A stretch of DNA of 61,359 nt. It comes from a virus. Its lineage: Duplodnaviria; Caudoviricetes. This document shows, in pieces, positions 25,122 to 35,919 of the stretch (positions within the stretch are counted from its first letter, which is position 1; each line of letters opens with the position of its first letter). Under the pieces are notes generated by a model. It saw only the letters and a list, made by a program, of their open reading frames with translations, made no database searches and was not told the DNA's origin. A program made the translations under genes and the position numbers. The stretch lies in IMG/VR virus record IMGVR_UViG_3300035190_000963, positions 1 to 61,359 of that record; one strand, written 5' to 3'.

Positions 25122-25123
25122 TT

Positions 25124-25660
25124 ATGGAAAAAAGATTATCTGAAGAACTAAATCAAATTTTATATTTGACAAATTATAAAAAAGGTGTTGTTATAAGTGA
25201 ACAAGCCTTACCTCAAAAATACTTCTCATTAATTGGGAACAAGTTAACTATTCAGAATTCAAAACTTTATTTATATGATAAAGATGGTGAAATGACCCCA
25301 TTAAATGGTGTTGTATCAGAATTCAAAGTAAACCCAAAAACAAATGAGATTGTTGACGGTGATTTTATTAAAAATCAAGGAATTGTTTCTGAAAACTTCA
25401 ATAATATTGTTCGTTCAAGTCTATCCCCGATACAAATTAACGCAAAATTCAAATTTGTTGGTATAGACCCTAAAGACAATAATGTTAGGGTATTTACTGG
25501 TGATATTGCTGAAATGGATATTACTGTATTAGAAAATGATAAGTCATTTAAAAAATCAACAGACGGTCTTATATCTCCAAACACATTTGTGAAAAAAGGT
25601 AAAAATGGTTTATTTATTAGACTTTACCCTGGTGGAAAACCTTTACCACTTAGTGCATAA
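25124..25660 (+). CDS. Hypothetical protein (start MEKRLSEE)
   Basis: Start placed just after the stop of the previous gene. Confidence 0.65.
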   Translation: MEKRLSEELNQILYLTNYKKGVVISEQALPQKYFSLIGNKLTIQNSKLYLYDKDGEMTPLNGVVSEFKVNPKTNEIVDGDFIKNQGIVSENFNNIVRSSLSPIQINAKFKFVGIDPKDNNVRVFTGDIAEMDITVLENDKSFKKSTDGLISPNTFVKKGKNGLFIRLYPGGKPLPLSA

Positions 25661-25661
25661 A

Positions 25662-26048
25662 TTAAAAAACAAATATACCGATTACTTTTTCATCATAAAA
25701 AGAATCAAATGAAAAAATCGTAAAATATTTATTGTTTTTAGGATTTTTTCTATGAATTTCCTTTGTTTTATAAGTTGATACTTTTGTTCTCTTATCCAAA
25801 GTGAGAGAGTAAGAAGTGTAATCACAAGTATCTAATAACCCTAGAGACGCCGCTTTATCCATAGATATCAATTCATATTCTTTAATATCGATATGGAAAA
25901 CATCGATGAGTTTTGATATCAGTACTGAGTCTTTTTCAATAAGAGATTTACCATCATAAAAATACCCACCAACAGGTAATGATTCATTTTGTCCGAATAG
26001 TAGTTTTGAAAAAACAATCAAAACTAACAATATAAGTATTCTTTTCAT
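25662..26048 (-). CDS. Hypothetical secreted protein
   Basis: Signal-peptide-like MKRILILLVLIVFS; TATCTTTG promoter. Confidence 0.65.
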   Translation of the reverse strand: MKRILILLVLIVFSKLLFGQNESLPVGGYFYDGKSLIEKDSVLISKLIDVFHIDIKEYELISMDKAASLGLLDTCDYTSYSLTLDKRTKVSTYKTKEIHRKNPKNNKYFTIFSFDSFYDEKVIGIFVF

Positions 26049-26182
26049 AATTCTGTTTATTTAGTAATACAAAGATACTCTTTTTTTCCAAACTAACAAA
26101 ATTTTTTTCAAAAAAAAATGTACAAATATATTTATAGAAAAAAGTGTTAAAAAATGGCAAAATCTAAATCAACAAGTAATGA

Positions 26183-26234
26183 AAAAATAATTATGGAAAA
26201 AAGATTATCTGAAGAACTAAATCAAATTTTATAT
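26183..26234 (+). repeat. 52-bp copy of 25114-25165
   Basis: Identical AAAAATAATTATGG...AAATTTTATAT. Confidence 0.9.
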
Positions 26235-26288
26235 AACTCCACCGAAAAACCCACAAATCTTTAGTTTGTGGGATGAAAGGTGGTTTTA
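26228..26288 (+). mobile_element. Isolated IS200/IS605-type left-end hairpin
   Basis: 61 bp identical to 47609-47669; CCCACAAA-TCTTTAG-TTTGTGGG. Confidence 0.7.
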
Positions 26289-26347
26289 GTTATATGACTC
26301 CTTTCTTTTTCAAACAATTGTATAATTATAGTAATAAAATAACAAAG

Positions 26348-26977
26348 ATGAAATTCACGTCAATATTAAAAAAAGTCATTTTAGAACAATCAAGATTTGA
26401 ATTGGTTTACAATCGTTTTTTGACAAAAGAATATGGTAGTGTTGAACCTATTGAGTCCGATGATAAAATTTCATTTATGAAAAATGGTGATGAAGTTTTC
26501 ACTTATTATAAAAAATTAAAAAGACCTACACTGAGTCACCATGTTAGTGGGTTTTTACGTAATATTTTTGGGTTTAATTTTGATGACACTGAAGATATCT
26601 TTGATAAGTGGTTTTCAAAACATTTCAACTTGGAAGTTGATTTTAATAGAAAAGATTATATAAGGAATTATATTAAAAATCAAAAATTAAAAATTAAAAC
26701 TTATAATCAATTTTTTGGTCTTAAAAAACCGAAAAATTGGGGTAAAGGTGATGATATAACTGTTGACACTATTAAAGACCAAATTGTTGGTGATTTAACC
26801 GATGGGTATGATTTATCAGGTATCAATAAAGAGGTTGTGAAACATGGTGTTGATAGATTTGCTCAAAAGTGGTATAATGATGTTAGAGATTTAGATTATG
26901 ATTCCGCAATTTATAAAACAAATTATATTAGTGAGACTGATGATTGGGATGAATTTTTGGGTGAAATAGGGATTTAA
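26348..26977 (+). CDS. Hypothetical protein (start MKFTSILKKVILEQ)
   Basis: Start adjusted; the upstream in-frame ATG lies inside the IS end. Confidence 0.65.
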   Translation: MKFTSILKKVILEQSRFELVYNRFLTKEYGSVEPIESDDKISFMKNGDEVFTYYKKLKRPTLSHHVSGFLRNIFGFNFDDTEDIFDKWFSKHFNLEVDFNRKDYIRNYIKNQKLKIKTYNQFFGLKKPKNWGKGDDITVDTIKDQIVGDLTDGYDLSGINKEVVKHGVDRFAQKWYNDVRDLDYDSAIYKTNYISETDDWDEFLGEIGI

Positions 26978-27028
26978 CAGTACAACCGATGTAATTGATA
27001 CAACAAGTGAATAAACTCCTCCAACTCC

Positions 27029-27628
27029 TTAAAGTAGAAATTGGAGGATTTTTTCTTTAATTCCTGATTGTTTAATACCTTCGTTACCATTTGGTGTTAG
27101 AACAAAATTATCCAATCCCCATTCGTGTTCAAATTCCATACCATTAACTTTACCTGTTTTACCCATATTAAGGTCATCAATTGCAACCCAATGAGTAATT
27201 TCAGGATGATTTTGTAGGTACTGTTTGATTTCAATAGACCTAGTTTGTTCTAAATCCCATTGACGAGACCACGGAAATGTATCTTTATCGTAATTGGTAC
27301 ATTCACCTAGATTTGGTGTAAAATCAATAGGTTTATTAATAATACCTTGAGACTCGTAATATTCTCCCATCTCATGAACATTAGCCCAACGTTTCCAGTC
27401 TGATGATACAACAATTTCAGCACCCGTTTCTTCTAAAATTTCATTTAAAACTTTGATTGCCTTTTTGTTGAAATTATCAAAACGGTATTCGATAGGAATC
27501 TCTAAGTTAGTCGTAGATAATTTACGACCACCCCACTTCTTCTGTTTATTAAAACGACCACCCCATTCTGAGGATAGACAGATAACACCATCATGGTCTA
27601 AAAAAATTATTTTCATACTATTTTCCAT
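27029..27628 (-). CDS. HAD-family protein (Swiss Army Knife RNA-repair type)
   Basis: IIFLDHDGV, VVSSDW, VAIDD. Confidence 0.8.
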   Translation of the reverse strand: MENSMKIIFLDHDGVICLSSEWGGRFNKQKKWGGRKLSTTNLEIPIEYRFDNFNKKAIKVLNEILEETGAEIVVSSDWKRWANVHEMGEYYESQGIINKPIDFTPNLGECTNYDKDTFPWSRQWDLEQTRSIEIKQYLQNHPEITHWVAIDDLNMGKTGKVNGMEFEHEWGLDNFVLTPNGNEGIKQSGIKEKILQFLL

Positions 27629-28107
27629 ATACTTTGTAAAACTTTTCTTGTTTTTTTAGCGTCCTCAACATTACCAATAACCACACCATTTTTAATTGTA
27701 AAAACATGACCTCTTACTGAAACCAAAAATGTTCCAATCGGATTATCTTTGATGAATTTTCCAACAGTCAAAGCTCTTTTTATTTTTTTATTCTTAATCT
27801 TAACATCGTAGTATAGCGAATAAAACTTACCAACAAGATTGAATTTTTTACCGTTAATTACTTCATTTTTTTTAACCAAGATTTCCAATTTTACTACAAA
27901 ATTATGAACACCATCTCTGTGTTTTCTTTTCAACACTTTCTCACAATATGTATGAGATTCATCATATGGTATATCAAATGATGATGCAAATGCTCTTACC
28001 ACACAATCATTTCGTTCTCCTTTAGCAATTACAGATTCTTGATATCCTTTAATTGCTTCGTTCGTTTTACAATAAGGTAGTTTCATATCCATGATACAAA
28101 GATACAA
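27613..28107 (-). CDS. Hypothetical protein with a possible Cys/His papain-like dyad
   Basis: NDCVVRA..RGHV. Confidence 0.6.
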   Translation of the reverse strand: MYLCIMDMKLPYCKTNEAIKGYQESVIAKGERNDCVVRAFASSFDIPYDESHTYCEKVLKRKHRDGVHNFVVKLEILVKKNEVINGKKFNLVGKFYSLYYDVKIKNKKIKRALTVGKFIKDNPIGTFLVSVRGHVFTIKNGVVIGNVEDAKKTRKVLQSIWKIV

Positions 28108-28121
28108 AAAAAATATGAAAT

Positions 28122-28155
28122 AAAAAAACCCCCATTGTAAAAAAATGGGGGTTTA
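28122..28155. terminator. Intrinsic terminator after dnaK
   Basis: AAACCCCCATT..AATGGGGGTTT with flanking A/T tract. Confidence 0.75.
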
Positions 28156-28158
28156 ACA

Positions 28159-30018
28159 TTAATTTTTATTAACTTCCTCAAATTCGACATCTGAACCATC
28201 AAAACCCGTATCTGTCGTTGTTTGATTATAAAGGTCTTGACTAATTTTTTGGAACTTCAAGTTAATTTCATCTAGTTTTGTTCGGATAGATTCAATATCC
28301 CTACCACTTATTGATTTTTTTAATTCTTCAATACCATTTACAACCTCACTTTTTTGTTCCTCGGACAATTTATCGTCCAAGTCTTTTAATGATTTTTCCA
28401 TTTGAAATACTGTTGAATCGGCAGTATTGATTAACTCAGCTTCTTCTTTGAATTTCTTATCCGATTCTGCATTCAACTCAGCATCTTTTTTCATTTTTTC
28501 AATATCTTCTTTTGAAAGTCCTGAAGATGACTCAATTCTAATTTCTTGTTTTTTATTAGTCCCTTTATCAAGTGCCGAAACTTGAATAATACCATTTGCA
28601 TCAATATCAAATGTAACTTCAATTTGTGGAATACCTCTCATTGAAGGGGGAATACCATCTAAATGGAATCGACCAATTGTTTTATTGTCTTTTGCCATAC
28701 TTCTTTCTCCTTGGAGAACGTGAATTTCAACTGATGGTTGGTTATCTACTGCGGTAGAGAAAACTTGAGATTTTTTAGTTGGGATTGTGGTATTTGATTC
28801 AATTAATTTTGTAAATACACCACCCATAGTTTCAATTCCTAATGATAAAGGAGTAACATCAAGTAACAATACATCTTTTACATCACCACCCAATACACCA
28901 CCTTGAATCGCGGCACCTAATGCCACAACCTCATCAGGATTTACACCTTTTGAAGGTTCTTTTCCGAAATATTTTTTAACCGCTTCCTGAATTGCGGGAA
29001 TACGTGTTGAACCTCCAACCAAAATAATTTCATCAATTTGGTCAGGATTTAATTTTGCATTTCTTAATGCCGATTTACAAGGTTCAATTGTTCTTTCAAC
29101 CAATTTTTCAATTAATTGTTCAAACTTAGCTTTAGTCAAATTTCTAACCAAATGTTTTGGTACACCATCCACCGGCATTAAATAAGGTAAATTAATCTCA
29201 GTTGATGGAGTTGATGACAATTCAATTTTAGCCTTCTCAGAGGATTCTTTTAATCGTTGTAGCGCCATTGAATCTTTTGACACATCAACGCCATTTTCAT
29301 CTTTAAATTCTTTCACCAACCAATCAATAATCACCTGGTCGAAGTCATCACCACCAAGATGTGTATCACCATCAGTTGATAATACTTCAAATACACCATC
29401 ACCCAATTCTAATACAGATACGTCATGTGTGCCACCACCACAGTCGAACACAACAACAATCATATCTTTATCTTTTTTATCTAACCCATACGCTAATGCC
29501 GCAGCGGTTGGTTCATTAATAATTCGTCTAACATTTAGACCTGCAATTTCACCTGCTTCTTTTGTTGCCTGTCTTTGAGCATCATTAAAATACGCAGGAA
29601 CTGTAATAACCGCATCAGTCACAGTTTCACCTAAATAATCTTCAGCGGTTTGTTTCATTTTTTGTAGTACCGCAGCAGATATCTCCTGTGGTGTAAATGT
29701 TCTACCATCAATATCCACTCTTGGTGTGTCATTATCACCCTTAACTACTTTATAAGGAACTCTACCAACCTCATTGATTGATTCTGAATACTTAGACCCC
29801 ATAAATCGTTTTATGGAATAAACCGTTTTTGTTGGATTCGTGACCGCTTGTCGTTTAGCAGAGTCACCTACTTTTCTTTCACCATCTTTAATGAATCCTA
29901 CGATAGATGGAGTTGTTCTTTTGCCTTCATTATTTGTAATTACAGTAGGTCCACTACTTTCCATAACTGCAACACATGAATTTGTGGTACCTAAATCCAC
30001 GCCTATTATTTTTCCCAT
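28159..30018 (-). CDS. dnaK: Hsp70 chaperone DnaK
   Basis: [40 protein letters not shown]. Confidence 0.97.
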   Translation of the reverse strand: MGKIIGVDLGTTNSCVAVMESSGPTVITNNEGKRTTPSIVGFIKDGERKVGDSAKRQAVTNPTKTVYSIKRFMGSKYSESINEVGRVPYKVVKGDNDTPRVDIDGRTFTPQEISAAVLQKMKQTAEDYLGETVTDAVITVPAYFNDAQRQATKEAGEIAGLNVRRIINEPTAAALAYGLDKKDKDMIVVVFDCGGGTHDVSVLELGDGVFEVLSTDGDTHLGGDDFDQVIIDWLVKEFKDENGVDVSKDSMALQRLKESSEKAKIELSSTPSTEINLPYLMPVDGVPKHLVRNLTKAKFEQLIEKLVERTIEPCKSALRNAKLNPDQIDEIILVGGSTRIPAIQEAVKKYFGKEPSKGVNPDEVVALGAAIQGGVLGGDVKDVLLLDVTPLSLGIETMGGVFTKLIESNTTIPTKKSQVFSTAVDNQPSVEIHVLQGERSMAKDNKTIGRFHLDGIPPSMRGIPQIEVTFDIDANGIIQVSALDKGTNKKQEIRIESSSGLSKEDIEKMKKDAELNAESDKKFKEEAELINTADSTVFQMEKSLKDLDDKLSEEQKSEVVNGIEELKKSISGRDIESIRTKLDEINLKFQKISQDLYNQTTTDTGFDGSDVEFEEVNKN

Positions 30019-30216
30019 GTTTTTAATTTTTTTTGTTTAGTTTATTTTTTTTAAATTTAGTTAATTTATTTTATGGAATCAAGTCCGAAACAAATATTGT
30101 TAAAAACCATACCAAATTAATAATACAGACATTTTGTCATTAAATTTGAAAAAATGTCAGATTAATATGACATTTTTTCATTTTGATTTTTATTTTTTTA
30201 TTTGTAACTTTGTGAA

Positions 30217-30408
30217 ATGGATAATAAGAAAAAAAATACTAATATTGCACCCTTAACAAAGTGGGAGGTGATATACGAAGATGAAAATACCTTGGATATT
30301 TGGAGATATGATATCAAAGTAAGTCGTATTAATCCATATGAGGTTGAAATACTATATAAAAATGATAAGAATGACAGAGCAAAAATTGCAAGAATGAACA
30401 AAAAGTGA
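30217..30408 (+). CDS. Hypothetical protein
   Basis: 63 aa; TAACTTTG promoter directly upstream. Confidence 0.6.
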   Translation: MDNKKKNTNIAPLTKWEVIYEDENTLDIWRYDIKVSRINPYEVEILYKNDKNDRAKIARMNKK

Positions 30409-30421
30409 TATTTATCATAAT

Positions 30422-30847
30422 ATGAAAATGATTTCTGTTCTTGGTCAACGAATCGATAAACAATATTTGTTATCAAAACTATATGAAATGGGTTTTGATG
30501 AAGAAAGTGCTGAAGATGAATTAGAGTACTTGATTGATTATTTATATGAACTACCTGACCTTATTGATTTATATAGAATAATCTCTGTCGATAATAAAAA
30601 AGATATTGATATAAAAAAACCGGGCTCACATTACTCAACATCAAAAAAAGATTTATTAAAATCTTACTCTTTTTGTACAGGTTGTGGTGATGAAATCTAT
30701 CTACTAACAGTAGAATCACCAAAAGAATTGATTGATATATCACAAACTTTGGCAAATAGGATACTTTATCCAAATGAACAAGAGATAACCTTAAAAAATA
30801 AAGGTAGTGGGGTTAACACGGTCTCAATTAAAAAAATCAAACGTTAG
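30422..30847 (+). CDS. Putative ADP-ribosyltransferase-fold protein
   Basis: LYR .. HYST .. EQEI matches the R-S-ExE pattern. Confidence 0.5.
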   Translation: MKMISVLGQRIDKQYLLSKLYEMGFDEESAEDELEYLIDYLYELPDLIDLYRIISVDNKKDIDIKKPGSHYSTSKKDLLKSYSFCTGCGDEIYLLTVESPKELIDISQTLANRILYPNEQEITLKNKGSGVNTVSIKKIKR

Positions 30848-30849
30848 AA

Positions 30850-31524
30850 TTAATTTTCTTTTGATGCGTATTTTACACCCATAATAGTTCCGATAATACT
30901 AAATGCGTTGGTTAATAAAATACCAAGCATGTTTGACCATGTTGACCCAATAATCTGAGTGTCTTTGTTCATATATAAAGAAATCATATACATGATTGTT
31001 GTAATCACCCCAACAGTTATAATAACACCTAAAGAAACTTTAACGATAACACTAATCAATTCTGTTTGACTTTTTTTCTGTAACAAATCCAAATCATTCA
31101 TCGCAACATGTTTTGCATTTTCAGCCTCAATACGTGCTTGTTCTGATTTAATCATTGATTCTCGTAACTCCTGACCAATTCTTTGGTTGTCTTCTTTCCA
31201 AGAGGTTAGTTCTCGGTTTTGTAATTCAATCTGAGATTTGGATTCCTCAACACTCGTTAAAGTGTTTTGTAATTCAGTCATTATTCTTTGATTCTCTAAG
31301 TTTAATTCAGAAAGTTCTTTATTTTGGATTTGGACTTGTTTTGTTATTTCTAATCTTCTTCTTCTTATTTCTTTATCTTTTGAAATACAGAAATCAAGAT
31401 ACTCTTTGAATTCAATATTATCATCAGCGTCAATTACTTTAGCAATATTACCCTCAAGGGCGATATTTTTTGACTTATTTAAATCAATTAATTGTTGTTG
31501 ACTATTTTTATCAAATACTATCAT
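30850..31524 (-). CDS. Coiled-coil protein with two C-terminal TM helices
   Basis: Heptad-rich middle; two hydrophobic segments; ATGA-coupled to the response regulator. Confidence 0.7.
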   Translation of the reverse strand: MIVFDKNSQQQLIDLNKSKNIALEGNIAKVIDADDNIEFKEYLDFCISKDKEIRRRRLEITKQVQIQNKELSELNLENQRIMTELQNTLTSVEESKSQIELQNRELTSWKEDNQRIGQELRESMIKSEQARIEAENAKHVAMNDLDLLQKKSQTELISVIVKVSLGVIITVGVITTIMYMISLYMNKDTQIIGSTWSNMLGILLTNAFSIIGTIMGVKYASKEN

Positions 31525-31955
31525 TTATATATTTTAAATGGTGCGGTTCTATTTTTGTAACTTTCGTAATCTTGTCTAAACTCATCTAACCTTGGTTCAA
31601 TGTCATCCGATTTTATAATCCAAAATTGAGCACCCGCCTGTAGAGCTTTTGCTTGTTCTTCAGGTTCATCTGAAGATGAAATAATCCCAATAACTACATT
31701 GTTCCCGTATTCAAAATTTATTTTTCTTATTAACTCAATACCATCAAAGGAAGAACCAATAATATTTAAATCAACGAATACACATTCAGGTCTATCACTA
31801 TTATCCCCAGTTAACCATCGTTTAAATAGTTTCGCCGCTTCATCCGAACTGTTTAAAGATTTTAGTGAAAGACTAATATCCAATAACGAACACGCATCTT
31901 CGAATACTAAATGGAATAAATCTTCATCATCCACTAATAAAATTGAATCAATCAT
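31521..31955 (-). CDS. Single-domain response regulator (receiver)
   Basis: LLVDD, VFVDL phospho-Asp, ISSS, WIIK. Confidence 0.88.
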   Translation of the reverse strand: MIDSILLVDDEDLFHLVFEDACSLLDISLSLKSLNSSDEAAKLFKRWLTGDNSDRPECVFVDLNIIGSSFDGIELIRKINFEYGNNVVIGIISSSDEPEEQAKALQAGAQFWIIKSDDIEPRLDEFRQDYESYKNRTAPFKIYK

Positions 31956-31967
31956 TTTTTTGTTTTT

Positions 31968-33593
31968 TTACTTTTTTATGTTTATTTTAATTTTAGTTCC
32001 GACTTCATTTTTTTCACAGGTAATTTTAAACCCATGTTCTTCCAAAATTGCAACACAAATATTCAACCCCAATCCACTACCTGATTCTTTTTGACCTTCT
32101 TTTCTTGTGTAAGGTTTTGATAAATGGTCAAAGTCTTCTTGAGTAATTCCTCTACCATTGTCTTGGATATATATGGATTCTTCATCTGAATATATTTTAA
32201 CAAATTTGGTTTCTGAGTCATTATATTTTAACCCATTTCTGATTAAATTGTCCACTGCGGTGCAGAATAGAGCTTCGTTAACATCAATAGTTGGTAAATC
32301 TTCGATAATCACCTGACTAATATATGCAGTTGATGACAAGTAATCGTTTAAAATAGTTTTTAAATTACATTCTGTTTTATTTAAAACAACGTCTTTCTTA
32401 ACTAAATTAGTAAACTCATACACTCCTTTATAAACTTTTTGAGAATGTTTTAAACCTTCTTTAATCATTTTAAGAGGTGATTCAATCTTTAATGATTCGA
32501 TATCTTCAGGTTTTAATCTACGTTCTAAAGAATTAAGTCCTCTTGGCATGTAAGTATTAATCCCTGAGTGCATATCGTGTCTTAATATTTTGGCGGCATG
32601 TTCTAAATACGTATTTTTCTTTTCAATCTCTTTCTTTTGTTCATAAGAATTGGTGATGTCTGTTGCGATTTTCATAACACGATAAATCTTACCATCAGTA
32701 CCAATAATAGGATTGTAAGTTGCCTGTAAATAAACTAACGACCCATCTTTTTTGACTCTAACAATTTCACCTGAAAACAATACGCCCTCATTTAATTTTT
32801 CCCAAAAAATACGATATTCATCGCTTTTTGAATACTCTTCATCTATAAAAATTCTATGATGTTTTCCAGATATCTTATCTTGTAAAGAATAACCCATAGT
32901 ATTTAAAAACAATTCATTAGCGAAAATAATGTTTCCTTGTAAATCGAACTCAATAACCGCATTAGATTTATTTATGGCGTTCATTCTATTACGAATCTCC
33001 GCTTCTTTTTTCTTTAATTCGGTAACGTCTTGTCTAATTGATGAAAACCCTACCAACTTATTATTTTTATCAAATTTTGCTTTAATGTATGTATCAACAT
33101 AATACAATTCACCTGATTTTGTTTTATTGGTAACAACATCATTCCATATTTCACCGTTCATTACCGTCTTATACATCTTACCCCAATAACCGTCAGGTTG
33201 TAATCCCGAATTAACGATAATATGGTCCTTACCTATTACTTCATCTAATGACCATCCAGAAACTTCCTCAAATTTTTTATTAACATACGTTATTTTACCG
33301 TTTTTATCTGCAACTGAAACAATTGCTGCAGTATCAATAAACTCCTCACTCTCTTTTATTGTTTTTAATAAATCACTTTTTAGTTCAGCGGTTTGTGATT
33401 TCATTAAAAAATAAAATATTGGTATAAATAAAACTATACAAAGGTATTCAACAATACGAGTTAATTGAGTTGGTTCAAACATTCCAATTAATATTGCGGT
33501 TTTAAGGATAAAAAAAACCGACATAATGATGATTGAAAAAAGTAAATAGTGTTTTGATTCTTTATTCATATTCATAAATACTTCTTTATTCAT
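31968..33593 (-). CDS. Membrane sensor histidine kinase with two PAS/PAC domains
   Basis: Two N-terminal TMs; PAS motifs; RHDMHS H-box, NLIRNGLKY, DNGRGI, GSGLGL. Confidence 0.92.
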   Translation of the reverse strand: MNKEVFMNMNKESKHYLLFSIIIMSVFFILKTAILIGMFEPTQLTRIVEYLCIVLFIPIFYFLMKSQTAELKSDLLKTIKESEEFIDTAAIVSVADKNGKITYVNKKFEEVSGWSLDEVIGKDHIIVNSGLQPDGYWGKMYKTVMNGEIWNDVVTNKTKSGELYYVDTYIKAKFDKNNKLVGFSSIRQDVTELKKKEAEIRNRMNAINKSNAVIEFDLQGNIIFANELFLNTMGYSLQDKISGKHHRIFIDEEYSKSDEYRIFWEKLNEGVLFSGEIVRVKKDGSLVYLQATYNPIIGTDGKIYRVMKIATDITNSYEQKKEIEKKNTYLEHAAKILRHDMHSGINTYMPRGLNSLERRLKPEDIESLKIESPLKMIKEGLKHSQKVYKGVYEFTNLVKKDVVLNKTECNLKTILNDYLSSTAYISQVIIEDLPTIDVNEALFCTAVDNLIRNGLKYNDSETKFVKIYSDEESIYIQDNGRGITQEDFDHLSKPYTRKEGQKESGSGLGLNICVAILEEHGFKITCEKNEVGTKIKINIKK

Positions 33594-33610
33594 TTAAGTT
33601 TATATTTATA

Positions 33611-34441
33611 ATGAAAAACATTATGATTAAATTAGGTTCAAACGGAGATGTTGTTAAACAAATCCAACAAAAATTAGGAATTTCTGCAGATGGTAACTTC
33701 GGTCCCGGTACTGAAAAATCCGTAAAAGAATGGCAAACAAAAAATGGATTAACTGCTGATGGTATTGTTGGTTCTTCAACTTTGGAAAAAATGGGAATCA
33801 CTTCAGTTATTAAGGAGAATATAATTATTCCTTCAGGTGGTTCGTTAAATCTTGAGAAATTAAAGGGACATATCCCTGACTCAGTAATTGCACAAATCCC
33901 CGATACCTGTGCAAAATTTAACATCACAACACCACTTAGATTGGCACACTTTTTAGCTCAATGTGCTCATGAGAGTGGTAATTTCAAAGCGATAAATGAA
34001 AATTTAAACTACTCTGCTGATGGTTTAAAGAAAATATTCCCTAAATATTTTCCTGGTACTTTGGCAGAATCTTATGCAAAACAACCTGAAAAAATTGCTT
34101 CAAGAGTATATGGTGGTCGAATGGGTAATGGTGATGAAACCACAAAGGAAGGTTTTAAATTTCGTGGCAGAGGATTTATCCAATTGACTGGAAAAGAAAA
34201 TTATAAAAAACTAGGTGATTTTTTAAAAGAAGATTTGACAACCAATCCTGATTTAGTTGCAACTAAATACCCATTAGCATCTGCAGCATTTTTCTTTAAT
34301 AATAACGGACTTTGGTCTATCTGTGACAAAGGTGCTGATGACGCAACTGTTACCGCAGTAACAAAACGAGTAAACGGCGGAATCATAGGGTTGACCGATA
34401 GAATAAAACATTTCAAAGAATTTTATTCACTTTTAAAATAA
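33611..34441 (+). CDS. Endolysin: PG-binding domain plus glycoside hydrolase family 19
   Basis: DGNFGPGT/DGIVG repeats; FLAQCAHESG; FRGRGFIQLTG; VTKRVNGG. Confidence 0.92.
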   Translation: MKNIMIKLGSNGDVVKQIQQKLGISADGNFGPGTEKSVKEWQTKNGLTADGIVGSSTLEKMGITSVIKENIIIPSGGSLNLEKLKGHIPDSVIAQIPDTCAKFNITTPLRLAHFLAQCAHESGNFKAINENLNYSADGLKKIFPKYFPGTLAESYAKQPEKIASRVYGGRMGNGDETTKEGFKFRGRGFIQLTGKENYKKLGDFLKEDLTTNPDLVATKYPLASAAFFFNNNGLWSICDKGADDATVTAVTKRVNGGIIGLTDRIKHFKEFYSLLK

Positions 34442-34579
34442 TTTTTCATATCTTTGATGTATGAAAAATTTACTTAAAAAAATATCTGATAAGTTCGAAT
34501 TCCATTTCGGATGGTTTTTTGTCAATGGTATGAAACACGAAAAATGGCAAGAAAAGATGAAGGAAAAATACGGAAAATA

Positions 34580-34608
34580 AAAAAACCCCCAATTTTATGG
34601 GGGATTTT
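34580..34608. terminator. Bidirectional terminator
   Basis: AAAAAACCCCCA..TGGGGGATTTT between convergent genes. Confidence 0.7.
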
Positions 34609-34611
34609 AGT

Positions 34612-35304
34612 TTATAGGAATATTAACTCATTTGTTTCAGGATTCCAATCTGCTGTTAATGGTTTGTTATAGTATTCATACCTTTCACTCAAAACTGAAC
34701 CATTAATAAAGTGAGTTGTTCCATCAAATATATAACCATGACCACTATGAATATGACCGCAAAGGTGTATTTTTGGTTTTATTTCTTTAATTCTTTGAAC
34801 TAACAATTCACAACCAAGATTTTCAGTTCCCCCAATTACTTTGTCAACATAACCCCAAGCAGGTCCGTGACTTATCAAAATATCGGTATTTTCGGGTATT
34901 TGATTCCATTTTTCGGATAATTCTAAACCATTTCTTGGTAAATTAAACGCCCAATTATGAAATTCAGGTTGCCAAGGACTACCATAAACTTTAATTGATG
35001 TCTCATAGTCTTCACCGATAACATGTAAATCGTCTTGAAGATAATTTAATTTATCGTCATATAATTCGAGCATTTCTTTACACCAATCAGGACTGTCTTG
35101 GAATCCCCAATCATGATTACCTGCAATAAAAACTTTATTCTTATAGTTATCCAATTTAGAGAACCATTCAAGAAAATTAATTATTTCGTGATTATATCCT
35201 CTAGAAGACATATCACCAGCATGTAGTAATAAATCACCGCCAGGTAAATCCTTTGTGATTTGGTTATGTTTAGAATGTGTGTCTGATATGAATGTAATTC
35301 TCAT
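34612..35304 (-). CDS. Calcineurin-like metallophosphoesterase
   Basis: SDTH, HAGD, GNHD, SHGP, GHIH. Confidence 0.9.
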   Translation of the reverse strand: MRITFISDTHSKHNQITKDLPGGDLLLHAGDMSSRGYNHEIINFLEWFSKLDNYKNKVFIAGNHDWGFQDSPDWCKEMLELYDDKLNYLQDDLHVIGEDYETSIKVYGSPWQPEFHNWAFNLPRNGLELSEKWNQIPENTDILISHGPAWGYVDKVIGGTENLGCELLVQRIKEIKPKIHLCGHIHSGHGYIFDGTTHFINGSVLSERYEYYNKPLTADWNPETNELIFL

Positions 35305-35319
35305 AATTTTTATTTTTTT

Positions 35320-35919
35320 TTAATCCCACCACCCACGAAGACCACTTCCATCAAAATGTTTATCGAAGTCTTCGTCTTTTGGGAATTTAGAATAATCTTG
35401 TCCTTTAAGGATTTCAAAAAGTTCTATCCATTCTTGTTCTCCAATTTCATGTGCTCGTTTAAACACCTTACTATTATGTTTCTTTTCTTCAGGTGTGTCT
35501 TTATCTTTTAGTTCATATAATTCAGGTTTACCTTCAACAGGAATAAATTCCCAAGGATGAAGAACTAATTCACCTAATTCACTTTCCGCCATTTCAATGT
35601 ATCTGTCCTGATTGTAGTTTCTAATAAGTTCAACAACCCTCCTCATCTTTTCGATTTTTTTTAATCTAGAAGAATCCACTTCACAACCTTTTTCCTCAAT
35701 GTTTTTTGACATATCTTCAAGAGCGGTCTCAACAAACATTAAAAGGCCGTGATGGTCAAACCAATAATGATTATATAATGCTTTACGAAACTTCCAAAAG
35801 TTTTTAAAAAATCTTGGTACATCTCTCCTTAAAAAGGAATATGACTCATATATTTTGGTGTTCTCCCAATAGAAGTTTTTGAAATAATCTACAACAGATT
35901 CGGTTAGTTTATTTTTCAT
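35320..35919 (-). CDS. Hypothetical phage protein
   Basis: 199 aa ending in GWWD. Confidence 0.7.
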   Translation of the reverse strand: MKNKLTESVVDYFKNFYWENTKIYESYSFLRRDVPRFFKNFWKFRKALYNHYWFDHHGLLMFVETALEDMSKNIEEKGCEVDSSRLKKIEKMRRVVELIRNYNQDRYIEMAESELGELVLHPWEFIPVEGKPELYELKDKDTPEEKKHNSKVFKRAHEIGEQEWIELFEILKGQDYSKFPKDEDFDKHFDGSGLRGWWD

